Source: Nitrospiria bacterium
GTDB taxonomy: Bacteria; Nitrospirota; Nitrospiria; JACQBZ01
Direction of reading: 5' to 3'
DNA: 64,000 nt
NCBI GenBank assembly: GCA_035498035.1
Contig: DATKAN010000043.1
Location: 23,639-87,638 of the forward strand
The position numbers were made by a program, and so were the translations under genes. Below, one piece after another: positions 38,968-48,782 of this stretch (position 1 is its first letter; each line of letters opens with the position of its first letter). Below the pieces are notes generated by a model. That model saw only the letters and a program-made list of their open reading frames with translations, was not told the DNA's origin and did no database searches.

Positions 38968-41025
38968 TCAGAATCGAACGGTGAATCCGCCCATGAAATT
39001 CCGTTCCGGTGAGGGGTTGAATCCGATTCGGCTCCCGAACGGAAAGCCTCCAACTCCTCCGAAATCATCATACTTCCGGTTAAGGATATTGTTAACCCCG
39101 AAAAATGCCTCGGCGGATTTAAATCGATAGCTAAGTTTAGCATCAACGACGATGTATTCGGGAAGTTTTTCCTGCTGATTCGCCAGGTCATTGGCCAAAT
39201 ACCGTGATCCGACGAATCGACCCGTCGCGGAAAGAAGCGGCCCCTTATCTTTCCCCCAATCCGCCGAAACACTTCCGGCATGTTTCGGGGTGATGGGAAG
39301 GTGACTCCCTTCGAACGGACCCTGCTGTATCCTGGTTCGGGTGATCGTGTAGCTCCCCTTGATGCGAAGGGTCGAAGATGGCCGGACCGACGCCGAGGCC
39401 TCGATCCCCTCGTGTCGAACTTCGGGAACATTCTCGTTTTCGCCGAACGCCGCTGCGCCGAGCGCCGGAGGCACAAAGAGGATTTCATTTTTAACATCGG
39501 TCCGAAAAATGGAAAGCGTTCCTTCGAAGACCGATCCGGCCTGGAACTTTTCCCCCGCCTCATAGGTGGTCGCCTGCTCCGGATCGAGTGCCGGTGTCAG
39601 GCCGAAAATGCCGGTCAGTTCGTCCCGATTGGGAAAGCGGAAATTCCGGGACCATGTTGCGAACAGACTCGTGGAGGGTGTTGTCAGATACATCAGCCCG
39701 ATCATGGGGCTGAAGACACGAAACGACCGATTCCCGGAAGAGTCGGTCGTTGAATTCGTCGTCAAGTCCGTCGTCGCCTGTGAATACGTAAACCGGGACC
39801 AATCCATGCGGCCGGTCATGTTAAGGGTCAGCGCGGATAATATCGGGAGTTCCTCGCTCGCATAGGCCCCGATCAACCGGCGCGTGTAATCCGTTTTTTC
39901 GAGATTGACGAACGGGAATGCGGGATCGGGATAATTGTTCGCGCTCTGGGCATGGATCTCCTCCTTGAGGAGATCGGTTCCCGCCAGGAAACGATTTTCC
40001 CGTCCGGCGAGCCGTCCGGTGATACGGTATTTTCCGGCCAAGGACACGGATCGGCTGTCGTCGCTCAGATCGGTCGAACCCGAATTCGGAACGGTCGTCA
40101 GCGATCCGTCTCCGCGAAGGGTCTGGCCGGTCGAAAATTCGATCCAGTGATTGGGATCCAGGTACGAATCAAACGAGAGGTCGAGCCGACCTTGATGGAC
40201 ACCCGCGTTATCCAGGGGGGTCACCGATCCTCGCCGGCCGACCGCGTCGATTTCGTCCTGGGTGAGGCTGCCCGGAAGCAAATAATCGTTGCTGAGGTAC
40301 CCGGACTGCAGATGGAGCGTCGAAAAATCACTGACTTTGTAATTGAAATTTCCGATGTAATTGGAGGCCCGGTAGTCGCTGTGCTCCCGGTAACCGTCGC
40401 TTGTATCAAAGCCCCCGTACAGGTAATATCCCAAGGCTCCCGACGTTTGAGAAATGGCCGCCTTGCGTTTCCAATAATCATAACTGCCTCGCTCGAGGGA
40501 AAGATCCGTATAGGGCTCACGGGCCCCGGACTTGGTGATGATGTTGATGACGCCTGCGATGGCGTTATCCCCATAGAGCGACGTGGCCGGGCCGCGGGCG
40601 ATCTCGATCCGATCAATCGCCTCGACCGGGATCGCGGCCCAGTCCGGATTGCTCGTGTCGACCGCATTGGCCCGACGGCCGTCGATCAGAACCAGCACCC
40701 GGCTGCCGTTGCCGCCCCCGTCGTTGAATCCACGGCCGTCGATCATGATTCCGGATGGCGTGGAGCCGCTGGTGTTGGTGACCCAGAGACCGGCCTCCGT
40801 TCGGAGCAGGTCCCCGGCATTCGTCGCGTTCGTCCGTCGGATGTCCTCCGATGTGATCACCGTAACATGGGACGGAACATCAAGGACGTGCTCTTCCTGC
40901 CGTGTGGCCGTGACCACGACCGGCCCCAATTCCATGGGTCCTCCTTCATTCTGAGCCAAAACGATTGAACCGGTTCCAAATAATAATACCGCCAATATTC
41001 CTGCGAAAACAAACTTCATCCGCAC
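38968..41025 (-). CDS. btuB: TonB-dependent outer-membrane receptor (BtuB-like cobalamin receptor)
   Basis: Signal peptide, TonB-box/plug domain (VVTATR, DGRR), beta-barrel, C-terminal aromatic residue (RF); sits in a riboswitch-led B12 operon. Confidence 0.85.
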   Translation of the reverse strand: MRMKFVFAGILAVLLFGTGSIVLAQNEGGPMELGPVVVTATRQEEHVLDVPSHVTVITSEDIRRTNATNAGDLLRTEAGLWVTNTSGSTPSGIMIDGRGFNDGGGNGSRVLVLIDGRRANAVDTSNPDWAAIPVEAIDRIEIARGPATSLYGDNAIAGVINIITKSGAREPYTDLSLERGSYDYWKRKAAISQTSGALGYYLYGGFDTSDGYREHSDYRASNYIGNFNYKVSDFSTLHLQSGYLSNDYLLPGSLTQDEIDAVGRRGSVTPLDNAGVHQGRLDLSFDSYLDPNHWIEFSTGQTLRGDGSLTTVPNSGSTDLSDDSRSVSLAGKYRITGRLAGRENRFLAGTDLLKEEIHAQSANNYPDPAFPFVNLEKTDYTRRLIGAYASEELPILSALTLNMTGRMDWSRFTYSQATTDLTTNSTTDSSGNRSFRVFSPMIGLMYLTTPSTSLFATWSRNFRFPNRDELTGIFGLTPALDPEQATTYEAGEKFQAGSVFEGTLSIFRTDVKNEILFVPPALGAAAFGENENVPEVRHEGIEASASVRPSSTLRIKGSYTITRTRIQQGPFEGSHLPITPKHAGSVSADWGKDKGPLLSATGRFVGSRYLANDLANQQEKLPEYIVVDAKLSYRFKSAEAFFGVNNILNRKYDDFGGVGGFPFGSRIGFNPSPERNFMGGFTVRF

Positions 41026-41041
41026 CTCCTTTCGGCTCCGG

Positions 41042-41764
41042 TCACGGCGGATTCAGTTGAAACACCAACGGCACCTGGACCTGGATCGTTTTATTCCATG
41101 AAACGGGAAAGTGAGCGAAGCGCCCCACCCGCCTAACGGTCTCGACCGCTTCCTGATCGAGAATCTTCGATCGGGAGGATTCGAGGAGACGGATCTCCCG
41201 CGCCTCGCCCGTCGCATCGATCACAAATTGAACCCGAACCGTTCCTTCTTGCCCTTGAATTCTGGCCAACCATGGATAATGTTTGGCCTGCTCCAGACGA
41301 TCCCGAACATCCGAGAGAAAATGGGATAGCGCATCCGACCGCGTTTCGTCTTCCGCGATAGAATCATATTGGGCCCGCGTGCTATCAACCGCGGGTGAAT
41401 CGGTCGATAACGGTTGAACCTCTTCCTCCTGCGATTGGACAGATGATTCATTGGACATTTCAAGGCTCGCGGATTCACGATTCTCTTTAGCGGAATCCGG
41501 AGGTACGGGCACGAATGATTTGACGGGGTCCGGCTGACCCCGTGAAGGCGCCGATGAAATCGGCCGATTCTTAAAGGGCCCCGACGACCTAACCGATGCC
41601 GGCCGAGTATCCATCGGATCGACCAGGCTGACCTGCACCACCGAGACGGGCTGATGCGATGACCATGGCTTCCATAGAATACAAAGAGACAGCCCTCCGA
41701 TCAGGAAATGAAACCCGACCGAAGCCGCGACAAATTTCCAAGCTGCCGGTTTATTCCCGTCCAT
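41042..41764 (-). CDS. tonB: TonB-family energy transducer
   Basis: N-terminal TM anchor, Pro/Ser-rich periplasmic linker, C-terminal TonB domain (GTVRVQFVIDATGEAREIRLLESS). Confidence 0.65.
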   Translation of the reverse strand: MDGNKPAAWKFVAASVGFHFLIGGLSLCILWKPWSSHQPVSVVQVSLVDPMDTRPASVRSSGPFKNRPISSAPSRGQPDPVKSFVPVPPDSAKENRESASLEMSNESSVQSQEEEVQPLSTDSPAVDSTRAQYDSIAEDETRSDALSHFLSDVRDRLEQAKHYPWLARIQGQEGTVRVQFVIDATGEAREIRLLESSRSKILDQEAVETVRRVGRFAHFPVSWNKTIQVQVPLVFQLNPP

Positions 41765-41766
41765 TT

Positions 41767-42549
41767 CTACTCCGGAATCACGGTAACTCTTGGATGGCCG
41801 GTTGTCGGATGCGCATCGACCGCGGCCCGGCAGCGGTAGACTTCTTCGATCACTTTTTCCGTCAACACTTCGGAGGGTGTTCCCACCCGGACCACCCGTC
41901 CTTCATTCAATAAGAGCAGTCTCCGGCAGAGCTGGGAGGCCATGGTCAGGTCGTGTAAAACGACCACCACCGTCATACCGTCCTGCCGATTCAGTTCTCC
42001 AAGCAGTTTGTAAATCCCGGCTTGGTGGTGAAGATCCAGAAACGTCGCCGGCTCATCCAGCAGAAGGACCTCCGCCTGCTGCGCCAGCGCGCGGGCGATG
42101 ATCACGCGTTGTTTTTCCCCGCCCGACAGCTCGGTGAAAAATCGGCGGGCGAACGAATCCACGCCCATGCGCTCCATCGCGGACCGGGCGATGCCATAAT
42201 CCTCCGCGCTCTCAAACGCCCATCCTTTCATATGCGGGTAGCGTCCCATCAGAACCATTTCAAGAACGGTATAATGAAACGGGGCCGGAAACTCCTGAGG
42301 GACCATGCTCACACGCCGGGCCAGCGTGCCCAGCGGAACGGTCGAGAGGTTTTCCGATCCCAACCATATTCCCCCCTCACCGGGTTTCCGATGCCGGCCC
42401 AATATTTTCATAAGGGTGGTCTTTCCGGAACCGTTGGGGCCGATCAGACCCAGGACCTCTCCCTGTTCGATCGCCAGATTGATCCCTTTTAGAACCCAAG
42501 CCGATTCGTAGCGAAAACTCACGTCTTGCAATGTATAAATCGTAGCCAT
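41767..42549 (-). CDS. btuD: iron-siderophore/cobalamin ABC transporter ATP-binding protein (FepC/BtuD-like)
   Basis: Walker A GPNGSGKTTL, ABC signature LSGGEKQR, Walker B LLLDEP. Confidence 0.85.
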   Translation of the reverse strand: MATIYTLQDVSFRYESAWVLKGINLAIEQGEVLGLIGPNGSGKTTLMKILGRHRKPGEGGIWLGSENLSTVPLGTLARRVSMVPQEFPAPFHYTVLEMVLMGRYPHMKGWAFESAEDYGIARSAMERMGVDSFARRFFTELSGGEKQRVIIARALAQQAEVLLLDEPATFLDLHHQAGIYKLLGELNRQDGMTVVVVLHDLTMASQLCRRLLLLNEGRVVRVGTPSEVLTEKVIEEVYRCRAAVDAHPTTGHPRVTVIPE

Positions 42550-42627
42550 CTCCGTTTCGTGACCGCCTCCTATAGTGATTCGCGTCGCCCCTCCCGCTCG
42601 CTATTCTCGCCGGGTCGCCTCTTCGAT

Positions 42628-43668
42628 TTACGGATTCAAATAACGGGTTCTTCCCCTCCAGAGGAGAAAAAGAAAGAAGGGTCCGCCACACAGCGCCGTG
42701 ATCACCCCGACCGGGATCTCGGTCGGCGAGATCAGTGATCGGGCGATCGTATCGGCCGCCATCAAGAAAATCCCCCCGCCCAAAACCGAGGCCGGGAGCA
42801 GCAGCCGATGATCCGGACCGATCAGCATCCGCAGAACGTGCGGAATCATGATCCCGACGAAACTGATTAGCCCGCTGACCGACACCACCGCCCCGATCAG
42901 CAAGGCGGAGGCGAAAAAGGCGATCCGCTTGGTCCGCTCTGCATCCAGACCGAGCGTGACGGCCGTCTCATCCCCAAGGGCGAGCAGGTTTAACCCTCTC
43001 GCCGATTTGAAGAGCACGGCCGTCCCGACCGCCGCATACAAAGCCACCCCCGACAAGGCCCTATAATCAAGAGAGCCCAGATTTCCCATCAACCAGTAAA
43101 CGATGCCCATCACCTTGTTGGCATCCACCATATAGGTGATGAACATGATCACGGCCGAGAGCATCGAGTTGAGGATAACCCCTCCAAGCAAAAGCGTCTG
43201 GACAAAAATCCGGCCGTGGACCCGAGACAGACTATAGAGAAAAAACAACGTGAACAAACCGCCCATAAAGCCAAGCAGCGGCGAAGCGGTCATTCCCCAG
43301 AAGGAAACATCGACATCCAACAAAAGAAAACAAACGACGCCCAGGGCGGTCCCGCTCGATATACCGATCACAAACGGATCGGCCAGCGGGTTTCGAAGCA
43401 GCGCCTGAAGGGCGACCCCCACCATCGACAGCATCCCGCCCACCAGTCCGGCGAGCAAAACGCGAGGCAGGCGCACATCCAGAAGAATGATTTCCTTGCC
43501 GGGGTCCGCGGCATACCCGGACCCGTCCGAGAATCGCGAACCGAAAATCCGGACGGCCTCCGACAGCGTGATCGGCTCCGTGCCGTGAAGAAGACAGATT
43601 ATGACCGTGATGATCCACATCAGCGACAGAAGCGATAACACGGTTATCCATCGTTTGAAAGTGAGCAC
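42628..43668 (-). CDS. btuC: FecCD-family ABC transporter permease (BtuC-like)
   Basis: FecCD/BtuC polytopic permease, 346 aa. Confidence 0.85.
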   Translation of the reverse strand: MLTFKRWITVLSLLSLMWIITVIICLLHGTEPITLSEAVRIFGSRFSDGSGYAADPGKEIILLDVRLPRVLLAGLVGGMLSMVGVALQALLRNPLADPFVIGISSGTALGVVCFLLLDVDVSFWGMTASPLLGFMGGLFTLFFLYSLSRVHGRIFVQTLLLGGVILNSMLSAVIMFITYMVDANKVMGIVYWLMGNLGSLDYRALSGVALYAAVGTAVLFKSARGLNLLALGDETAVTLGLDAERTKRIAFFASALLIGAVVSVSGLISFVGIMIPHVLRMLIGPDHRLLLPASVLGGGIFLMAADTIARSLISPTEIPVGVITALCGGPFFLFLLWRGRTRYLNP

Positions 43669-43669
43669 G

Positions 43670-44590
43670 TCATCTCCCCGGCGTAAAATCGACGGGAGGG
43701 TGGAGCAAACGAACCAGTTCTTCCAGACCGTCCATGACCCTCGGCCCCGGTCGGTTCAAAAGGTCCCGATCGACCTTGTAGATTTTCCCGTCCCGCACGG
43801 CGGACAGAGAAGACCAACGGCTCCAGTCCCGCTTCTCCTGATCGGAAAGGGAGCGATCCGCGTCCATGGCCAGAACAATCACCTGCGGGTCCTGTTGAAT
43901 GACGTATTCCATCGACAGCATGGGATAGGCCTTGTCTAACCCCCCGGCGATGTTGATTCCACCCGCTTCATGAATCAGGTCCGCGAGGTAACTCCTCTTT
44001 CCGACCGAGATCAGGGGTTCCTTATCCACCACATAAAGAAGACGGACCGGCGGAAACGGTTCCACGGCCTGTCGAATCCGATTCAGCCGTTCACGAAGTT
44101 GTCGCACTTTTTCAACGGCGGTCTCCTTGGCCCCGGCGATCCTTCCGAAAACAAGAATGGTCCCGAAGATCTTTTCCAACGAAGAGGGGTCGACGGCGAA
44201 GTACGGGATCTGAAAACGCTCAAACCGGGTCAAGTTATCTTCCTGATACAATCCCGCGACGCCGACCACCAGATCCGCACGTAAGGCCAGGATGCTTTCG
44301 ATATTGGCATTCAATCCGCCCACCCGCGTTTTAGACAAGGCTTCCGGCGGATAGTTGCAGTAATCGGTGACGCCGACGACCCGGTCGCCGAGACCGAGCG
44401 CGAAGAGGATCTCGGTCAGCCCGGGCGCCAGAGAAACGATCCTCTCCGGAGGTTTCAGGAACCGAACCGAGCGACCGAGATCATCCGTCAAGGTGAGCGG
44501 CTCGGCGTTTGCGGACATGGGGGTGAGGAGTACGGCGTGAGAAGTGACGAGAAAAAGAGGAGCAATAAATAGAATGGGCGAACGGCTCAA
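43670..44590 (-). CDS. btuF: periplasmic cobalamin/siderophore-binding protein (BtuF-like, class III SBP)
   Basis: Mature domain motifs (IVSLAPGLTEILFALGL, VVGVTDYCNYPPEA). Likely TTG start near 44590 giving signal peptide SRSPILFIAPLFLVTSHAVLLTPMSANA; the ORF is open to 44815 but that region looks non-coding. Confidence 0.7.
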   Translation of the reverse strand: MSRSPILFIAPLFLVTSHAVLLTPMSANAEPLTLTDDLGRSVRFLKPPERIVSLAPGLTEILFALGLGDRVVGVTDYCNYPPEALSKTRVGGLNANIESILALRADLVVGVAGLYQEDNLTRFERFQIPYFAVDPSSLEKIFGTILVFGRIAGAKETAVEKVRQLRERLNRIRQAVEPFPPVRLLYVVDKEPLISVGKRSYLADLIHEAGGINIAGGLDKAYPMLSMEYVIQQDPQVIVLAMDADRSLSDQEKRDWSRWSSLSAVRDGKIYKVDRDLLNRPGPRVMDGLEELVRLLHPPVDFTPGR

Positions 44591-44864
44591 AAAGCTCCAG
44601 ATGCCCCCTCCGGGGACTTCCACATTTCGTATTACTGGAAGGGGGCCGCGAGGCCGCAGGGACCGAGGAGCCCGGAGCGTAAGGCAATAGGTACGTGAGG
44701 ACACCGAGGGACGGAGAACAAAGCAGATGGACTTTTTCAGCAGTTTGCAAGAGGGCATAAAAAATCCCCAAAGGCAAAACACCCAGCCCTTGAGGATTGC
44801 ACCCTGCTTCTTCACCCTAAGGTGAGCCGATCCGCCTTCTTCAATCGAAACGGAATAGGCCGCG

Positions 44865-45005
44865 CATTCAGGCAGGTCTTCTGGCTTGTGGATCGTCCTC
44901 CACCCGCGTCTTCCCGTCGTCCGACAGTGACTTTATTGCGGGCTTCGTCCCCACTCACAGCGGCGGGACCGCCCCCGATTCTAACGGGGTTCCCTTGGCC
45001 TGAAT
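44865..45005 (-). promoter_or_regulatory. cobalamin (adenosylcobalamin) riboswitch
   Basis: Minus strand reads ...AAGGGAACCCCGTTAGAATCGGGGGCGGTCCCGCCGCTGTGAGTGGGGACGAAGCCCGC...GTCACTGTCGGACGACGGGAAGACG...AAGCCAGAAGACCTGCC: conserved GGGAA / GGTxAGAATCC / GCGGTCCCGCC core plus a 3' B12-box-like element, upstream of the btuF operon. Confidence 0.8.
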
Positions 45006-45053
45006 GTGTTATGTGGGCTTATCTATACCAGACCATGAAACGGTTTGTCAACT

Positions 45054-45704
45054 CTATAGTAATCCCCGCCGCCGCAGATATTCCCGGTCGATTTTTTGGG
45101 GGGCGCCTTCCGGTCCGGGTTCCAGAAGAAGGCGCTCCAAATATTTCCCGATCAAATCGCACTCCAGATTGACCCCGCTCCCGACCCCTTTCAGGCCGAG
45201 AGATGTCGCCTTTGCGGTGTGGGGGATGATCGCCACCTGAATATCCTTGTCGGTCACATGATTGATGGTCAGGCTGACTCCGTCCACGGCGATCGATCCC
45301 TTCTTCACGCAGTACCGCGACAGCTCTTTTGGGATTTCGATCGTGAGGAAAAGCGCCTCGTCCTCCTGGCGGCGGTCCCTGATCCGGCCTATGCCGTCGA
45401 TATGTCCGCTGACCAGGTGGCCGCCCAATCGGCTGTTCACCCGCACGGCCCGCTCGAGATTTACGGCATCGCCCACTTTCAAGGAACCCAGATTCGTGAC
45501 GGTCAGGGTCTCGGACGACACGTCCGCGGTGAAATCTCCGCCCGTTCTCCCTATCACGGTAAGACAGACCCCGTTCACCGTGATGCTGTCCCCCAAGGCC
45601 AATTCCTCCAAGACGGTCTTGGCCAGAACGGTCAAGCGTCCGGATTTCTTATCGCGGTGAAATCCTTGGACGACACCCATCTCTTCGATGATTCCCGTGA
45701 ACAT
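45054..45704 (-). CDS. ribE: riboflavin synthase (alpha subunit)
   Basis: MFTGIIEEMG N-terminus and duplicated lumazine-binding repeats (SITVNGVCLTV and SIAVDGVSLTI). Confidence 0.85.
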   Translation of the reverse strand: MFTGIIEEMGVVQGFHRDKKSGRLTVLAKTVLEELALGDSITVNGVCLTVIGRTGGDFTADVSSETLTVTNLGSLKVGDAVNLERAVRVNSRLGGHLVSGHIDGIGRIRDRRQEDEALFLTIEIPKELSRYCVKKGSIAVDGVSLTINHVTDKDIQVAIIPHTAKATSLGLKGVGSGVNLECDLIGKYLERLLLEPGPEGAPQKIDREYLRRRGLL

Positions 45705-45805
45705 AAAAACATCATACCAGAGGCCGTTTCAGACTGTCAAAACCGGATGAACCCGAAATGGGCATTCGATTGGAGGAGAGCGGGGATGAGACGGGGCGGA
45801 ACGTC

Positions 45806-47104
45806 CTACTTGATGATTCCAATTTTATTTTTACCCGTACGCTTCGCATGATAAAGGGCGTCGTCCACCGCTTTGAGAATTTTGAGAATGTCTTTTTCTC
45901 CTTTCGTACTGCTGGCCACACCGAGACTGATCGTCAACTTCCCTCCGGGCTGCTTCTCCCGATCCGCAAACGGGTAGTATTCCACCGCGGTTCTTAATCC
46001 CTCGGCAATTTTGACGGCCGCGTCAAAGTTGGTTTCGGGAAGAATCACCATAAATTCCTCTCCGCCGATCCGGCAGACGAAGTCCACGCTCCGGACGTGC
46101 TTTTTGAAAATGACCGCCAAACTTCTCAACAGATCGTCGCCTTTCAAGTGACCCTGGGTGTCATTGTAGGTCTTAAAATCATCAACATCGATAAGAATGA
46201 GGGAGAGCGGATGGCCGAACCTTTCGTTACGTTTGATCTCTTCCCTCAACTTCTCCATAAAGAAGCGGCGGTTGTACAGGCCGGTCAACGAATCCGTAAT
46301 CGCCAGTTGATGGGTCAACTCGATCTTATTATCGAGCTCCTTCTTCATGCCGGAGATGGCCTCCACCATCTGGTTGAATTCACCGGCCAGACTCTCTATT
46401 TCGTCGTTGGTCTTTATCGTCAATCGATAATCCAGATTGCCCTGACCGACGGTCTTCGCGCCCCGATGGAGATCCAGGATCGGCCAAATCACAAACCGGG
46501 TGAGGTAAAAAGAGAGCAGGGCGAAGAAAATAACAGTCGCTCCCACGATTCCGGAAAAGACCCACGTGACATTCTGGCTTTTGGATTGCGCCTCATGGAC
46601 CATCCGGATCATTTCTTTTTCGGAAAGGACTCGAAATTCGTCGGCCTTCTTGATCATGTCTCCGGAGAAAATAGTGGCCTCGTGGAGCAGCTTGGCTCCC
46701 TTGGGATTCCCGACGGGCCGATCGATAAACAGAATCGTGACCAGCATTTCACTCAAGCGGAGGACGTCATGGTTGAGGTCTGTGGCCAACGCTTCCCACC
46801 GCTGATCCCCATGGTAGCCCTGGAGGTCTTTGGTGATCTGGAAGATCTCGTTGCTCAGCTGGTCGAACCGGTCCCGTTCATCGACATTCCCCGTGATCAG
46901 GTAGTTGTTGGCCGGATCCAGGAACATATGAAGACGAAGTTGCAGACGATCCGACAACTCGAACTTATGGGCCTCCTCCTGAACCGCACCGGTCGTTATG
47001 TTAATTTCCCGCACCTCCAGCAATACGATCCCCAGGGCCATGAAAAAAATAAGGCTGAGGCCGAGAAAGGAGCCGAGGACCTTTGTTCGAATGCCGAATT
47101 TCAT
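45806..47104 (-). CDS. diguanylate cyclase (sensor domain, HAMP, GGDEF)
   Basis: TM-flanked periplasmic sensor region, HAMP, and GGDEF domain with active-site RIGGEEF. ATG near 47104 overlaps the stop of the upstream PstS-like gene (ATGA). Confidence 0.8.
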   Translation of the reverse strand: MKFGIRTKVLGSFLGLSLIFFMALGIVLLEVREINITTGAVQEEAHKFELSDRLQLRLHMFLDPANNYLITGNVDERDRFDQLSNEIFQITKDLQGYHGDQRWEALATDLNHDVLRLSEMLVTILFIDRPVGNPKGAKLLHEATIFSGDMIKKADEFRVLSEKEMIRMVHEAQSKSQNVTWVFSGIVGATVIFFALLSFYLTRFVIWPILDLHRGAKTVGQGNLDYRLTIKTNDEIESLAGEFNQMVEAISGMKKELDNKIELTHQLAITDSLTGLYNRRFFMEKLREEIKRNERFGHPLSLILIDVDDFKTYNDTQGHLKGDDLLRSLAVIFKKHVRSVDFVCRIGGEEFMVILPETNFDAAVKIAEGLRTAVEYYPFADREKQPGGKLTISLGVASSTKGEKDILKILKAVDDALYHAKRTGKNKIGIIK

Positions 47105-47598
47105 TCTTGATCGTCCTGCATGATATATATAATCTGAAATTCTTCGTTGTCTCGGAGATATTTTTTCGGCAGATACCCGATTCCCCACGGGTCTTCTTGA
47201 ACGGCGTTCAGAATTTGCGCGGGATCTCCCTTGACCAAGGGGGGCTTTAATCCATCCTGGAATAATTTCTTGACCCAATACAATTTATAGTCCTTGGAGG
47301 ACATTCCGATGACATTGGACAGAAAGACATCTTTCACCGGTCCCTCCGGATATTGGATCGGGCGGACGGGCATTCCGCCCACAAAACGAATTTCCCCAAG
47401 ATAAATCCCACGGATTTCGGTTTTGGAAAGACGGCTCAAGGGACTGTCCTTGTTTACGACCACCGCAATCTGTTCCGCATAGGCGGTCAAAGCACTGCAC
47501 AGCAGGCCACCGAGGATCAACAGGCTCAATATTAGGCCCCGGATTTTCACAACGATGGGATCGTTTTTTAAAAACTGAATGCCCACTGCGCCTCCCAC
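47101..47598 (-). CDS. small periplasmic phosphate/phosphonate-binding-like (PstS-like PBP) domain protein
   Basis: Signal peptide plus ~120-aa domain (IAVVVNKDSPLSRLSKTEIRGIYLGEI...WGIGYL) resembling the N-lobe of phosphate-binding proteins. Start uncertain (GTG at 47598 or ~47550). Confidence 0.5.
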   Translation of the reverse strand: MGGAVGIQFLKNDPIVVKIRGLILSLLILGGLLCSALTAYAEQIAVVVNKDSPLSRLSKTEIRGIYLGEIRFVGGMPVRPIQYPEGPVKDVFLSNVIGMSSKDYKLYWVKKLFQDGLKPPLVKGDPAQILNAVQEDPWGIGYLPKKYLRDNEEFQIIYIMQDDQE

Positions 47599-48782
47599 AC
47601 ATGAAAAGTCTCGCTCCCGACTTTTCGATCCAGCCGATATTGAAGCTTCAGGGCGCTCCTTAATTCGTCTATATCGTATCGCACACCCCCGATCATTTGA
47701 TGACGAGAGGTATTATTCACAAGCTCCATAAAATAGGGATCGGTCGGATCGACTTTCAAATTTTCGAAACGCGCGTACGGCGTGATGTCGCGGGCGACTT
47801 TATATCCCACCTGAATGTAGTAGGCATCGGCTTGATGGCCCGGGTTCAACATCCGATAATACTCTGAAATAAATTCCACCTTGTCATAAATATAGGAAAG
47901 ATCGCCCCCGAAGATTTTCTCATTAATGTCTCCATTAAAATCGGTACCGACCTTGTCCGAAGTTCCAAATACTCCGAGAGTCAACCCCGGCAGTCGGAAG
48001 GGCTCAATTGACAGGCGCAATGCGACCTGTTTCGAATTATTGTTATCTGCGGTCACATTCGGCACCAGCGTATGGGTGGTTGAATCGATCCGATGACCGT
48101 TTCCGATATCCAACATATACATCCATCGATATTCCGGACGGTGTTGAGATCCGGAAAATTCAACTCCAACGGTATGAACGGGGAGGACCCCTCCGTCGTC
48201 TTCAAATGCCAAGAAAAACGGACGGTCAACCGTAAGAAATAGCAGCTTTCCATGGTGATAGGTGTTATTCCAGTAACCCAAGGCCGTATGCTCCCGACCA
48301 GCCCTAATGGTCAGAAGATCGTTAATCGTATACCCGACCCATAGTCTTTCCATTTCAACATCGCCCTCGCCGGCCTCCTGATCGAAGTCAATGTCAAATT
48401 CGGCCAGAAAGGTCAGGCGCGGCCCGATATTGACCGTGCTGTACAAATCCAACGGACCCAGGGAAAAGGACGGGTGGTTGGCCGTCCGGTCTTTTGTAAA
48501 AAAATTAACGTCGCCATACGCCCCGAGATTGATCCCGAATTTCGGGCGTGTGTTCTCCATGGAAGCCTTGTCTTCTAGAGCCTGTATTCGTTGGCGTAGT
48601 TGGTTTATTTCCTCCTGTTTCCGATCGCCGTTGGAGGATTGCCTTTGGGTGTTGATTTGGGGCTGGCTTTGGTCTTCAGCCTTGGAGGGGGTTCCATGGA
48701 AAATCCCAAGAATGACCAAACCAATCAGAAATGATTTATTTCTAATGAGATTGAGTATCTTATCCAAACGGTTATTATTCAC
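47568..48782 (-). CDS. outer-membrane beta-barrel porin with N-terminal coiled-coil
   Basis: Signal peptide, coiled-coil segment (EEINQLRQRIQALEDK), alternating amphipathic beta-strand pattern, C-terminal ...WAFSF with terminal Phe. Confidence 0.5.
   Translation of the reverse strand: MNNNRLDKILNLIRNKSFLIGLVILGIFHGTPSKAEDQSQPQINTQRQSSNGDRKQEEINQLRQRIQALEDKASMENTRPKFGINLGAYGDVNFFTKDRTANHPSFSLGPLDLYSTVNIGPRLTFLAEFDIDFDQEAGEGDVEMERLWVGYTINDLLTIRAGREHTALGYWNNTYHHGKLLFLTVDRPFFLAFEDDGGVLPVHTVGVEFSGSQHRPEYRWMYMLDIGNGHRIDSTTHTLVPNVTADNNNSKQVALRLSIEPFRLPGLTLGVFGTSDKVGTDFNGDINEKIFGGDLSYIYDKVEFISEYYRMLNPGHQADAYYIQVGYKVARDITPYARFENLKVDPTDPYFMELVNNTSRHQMIGGVRYDIDELRSALKLQYRLDRKVGSETFHVWEAQWAFSF

Noticed and set aside
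44591-44815. N-terminal extension of the btuF ORF back to the GTG at 44815
   Set aside because: The extension precedes an obvious signal peptide, has atypical composition, and lies directly after the riboswitch aptamer; more likely an untranslated expression platform.
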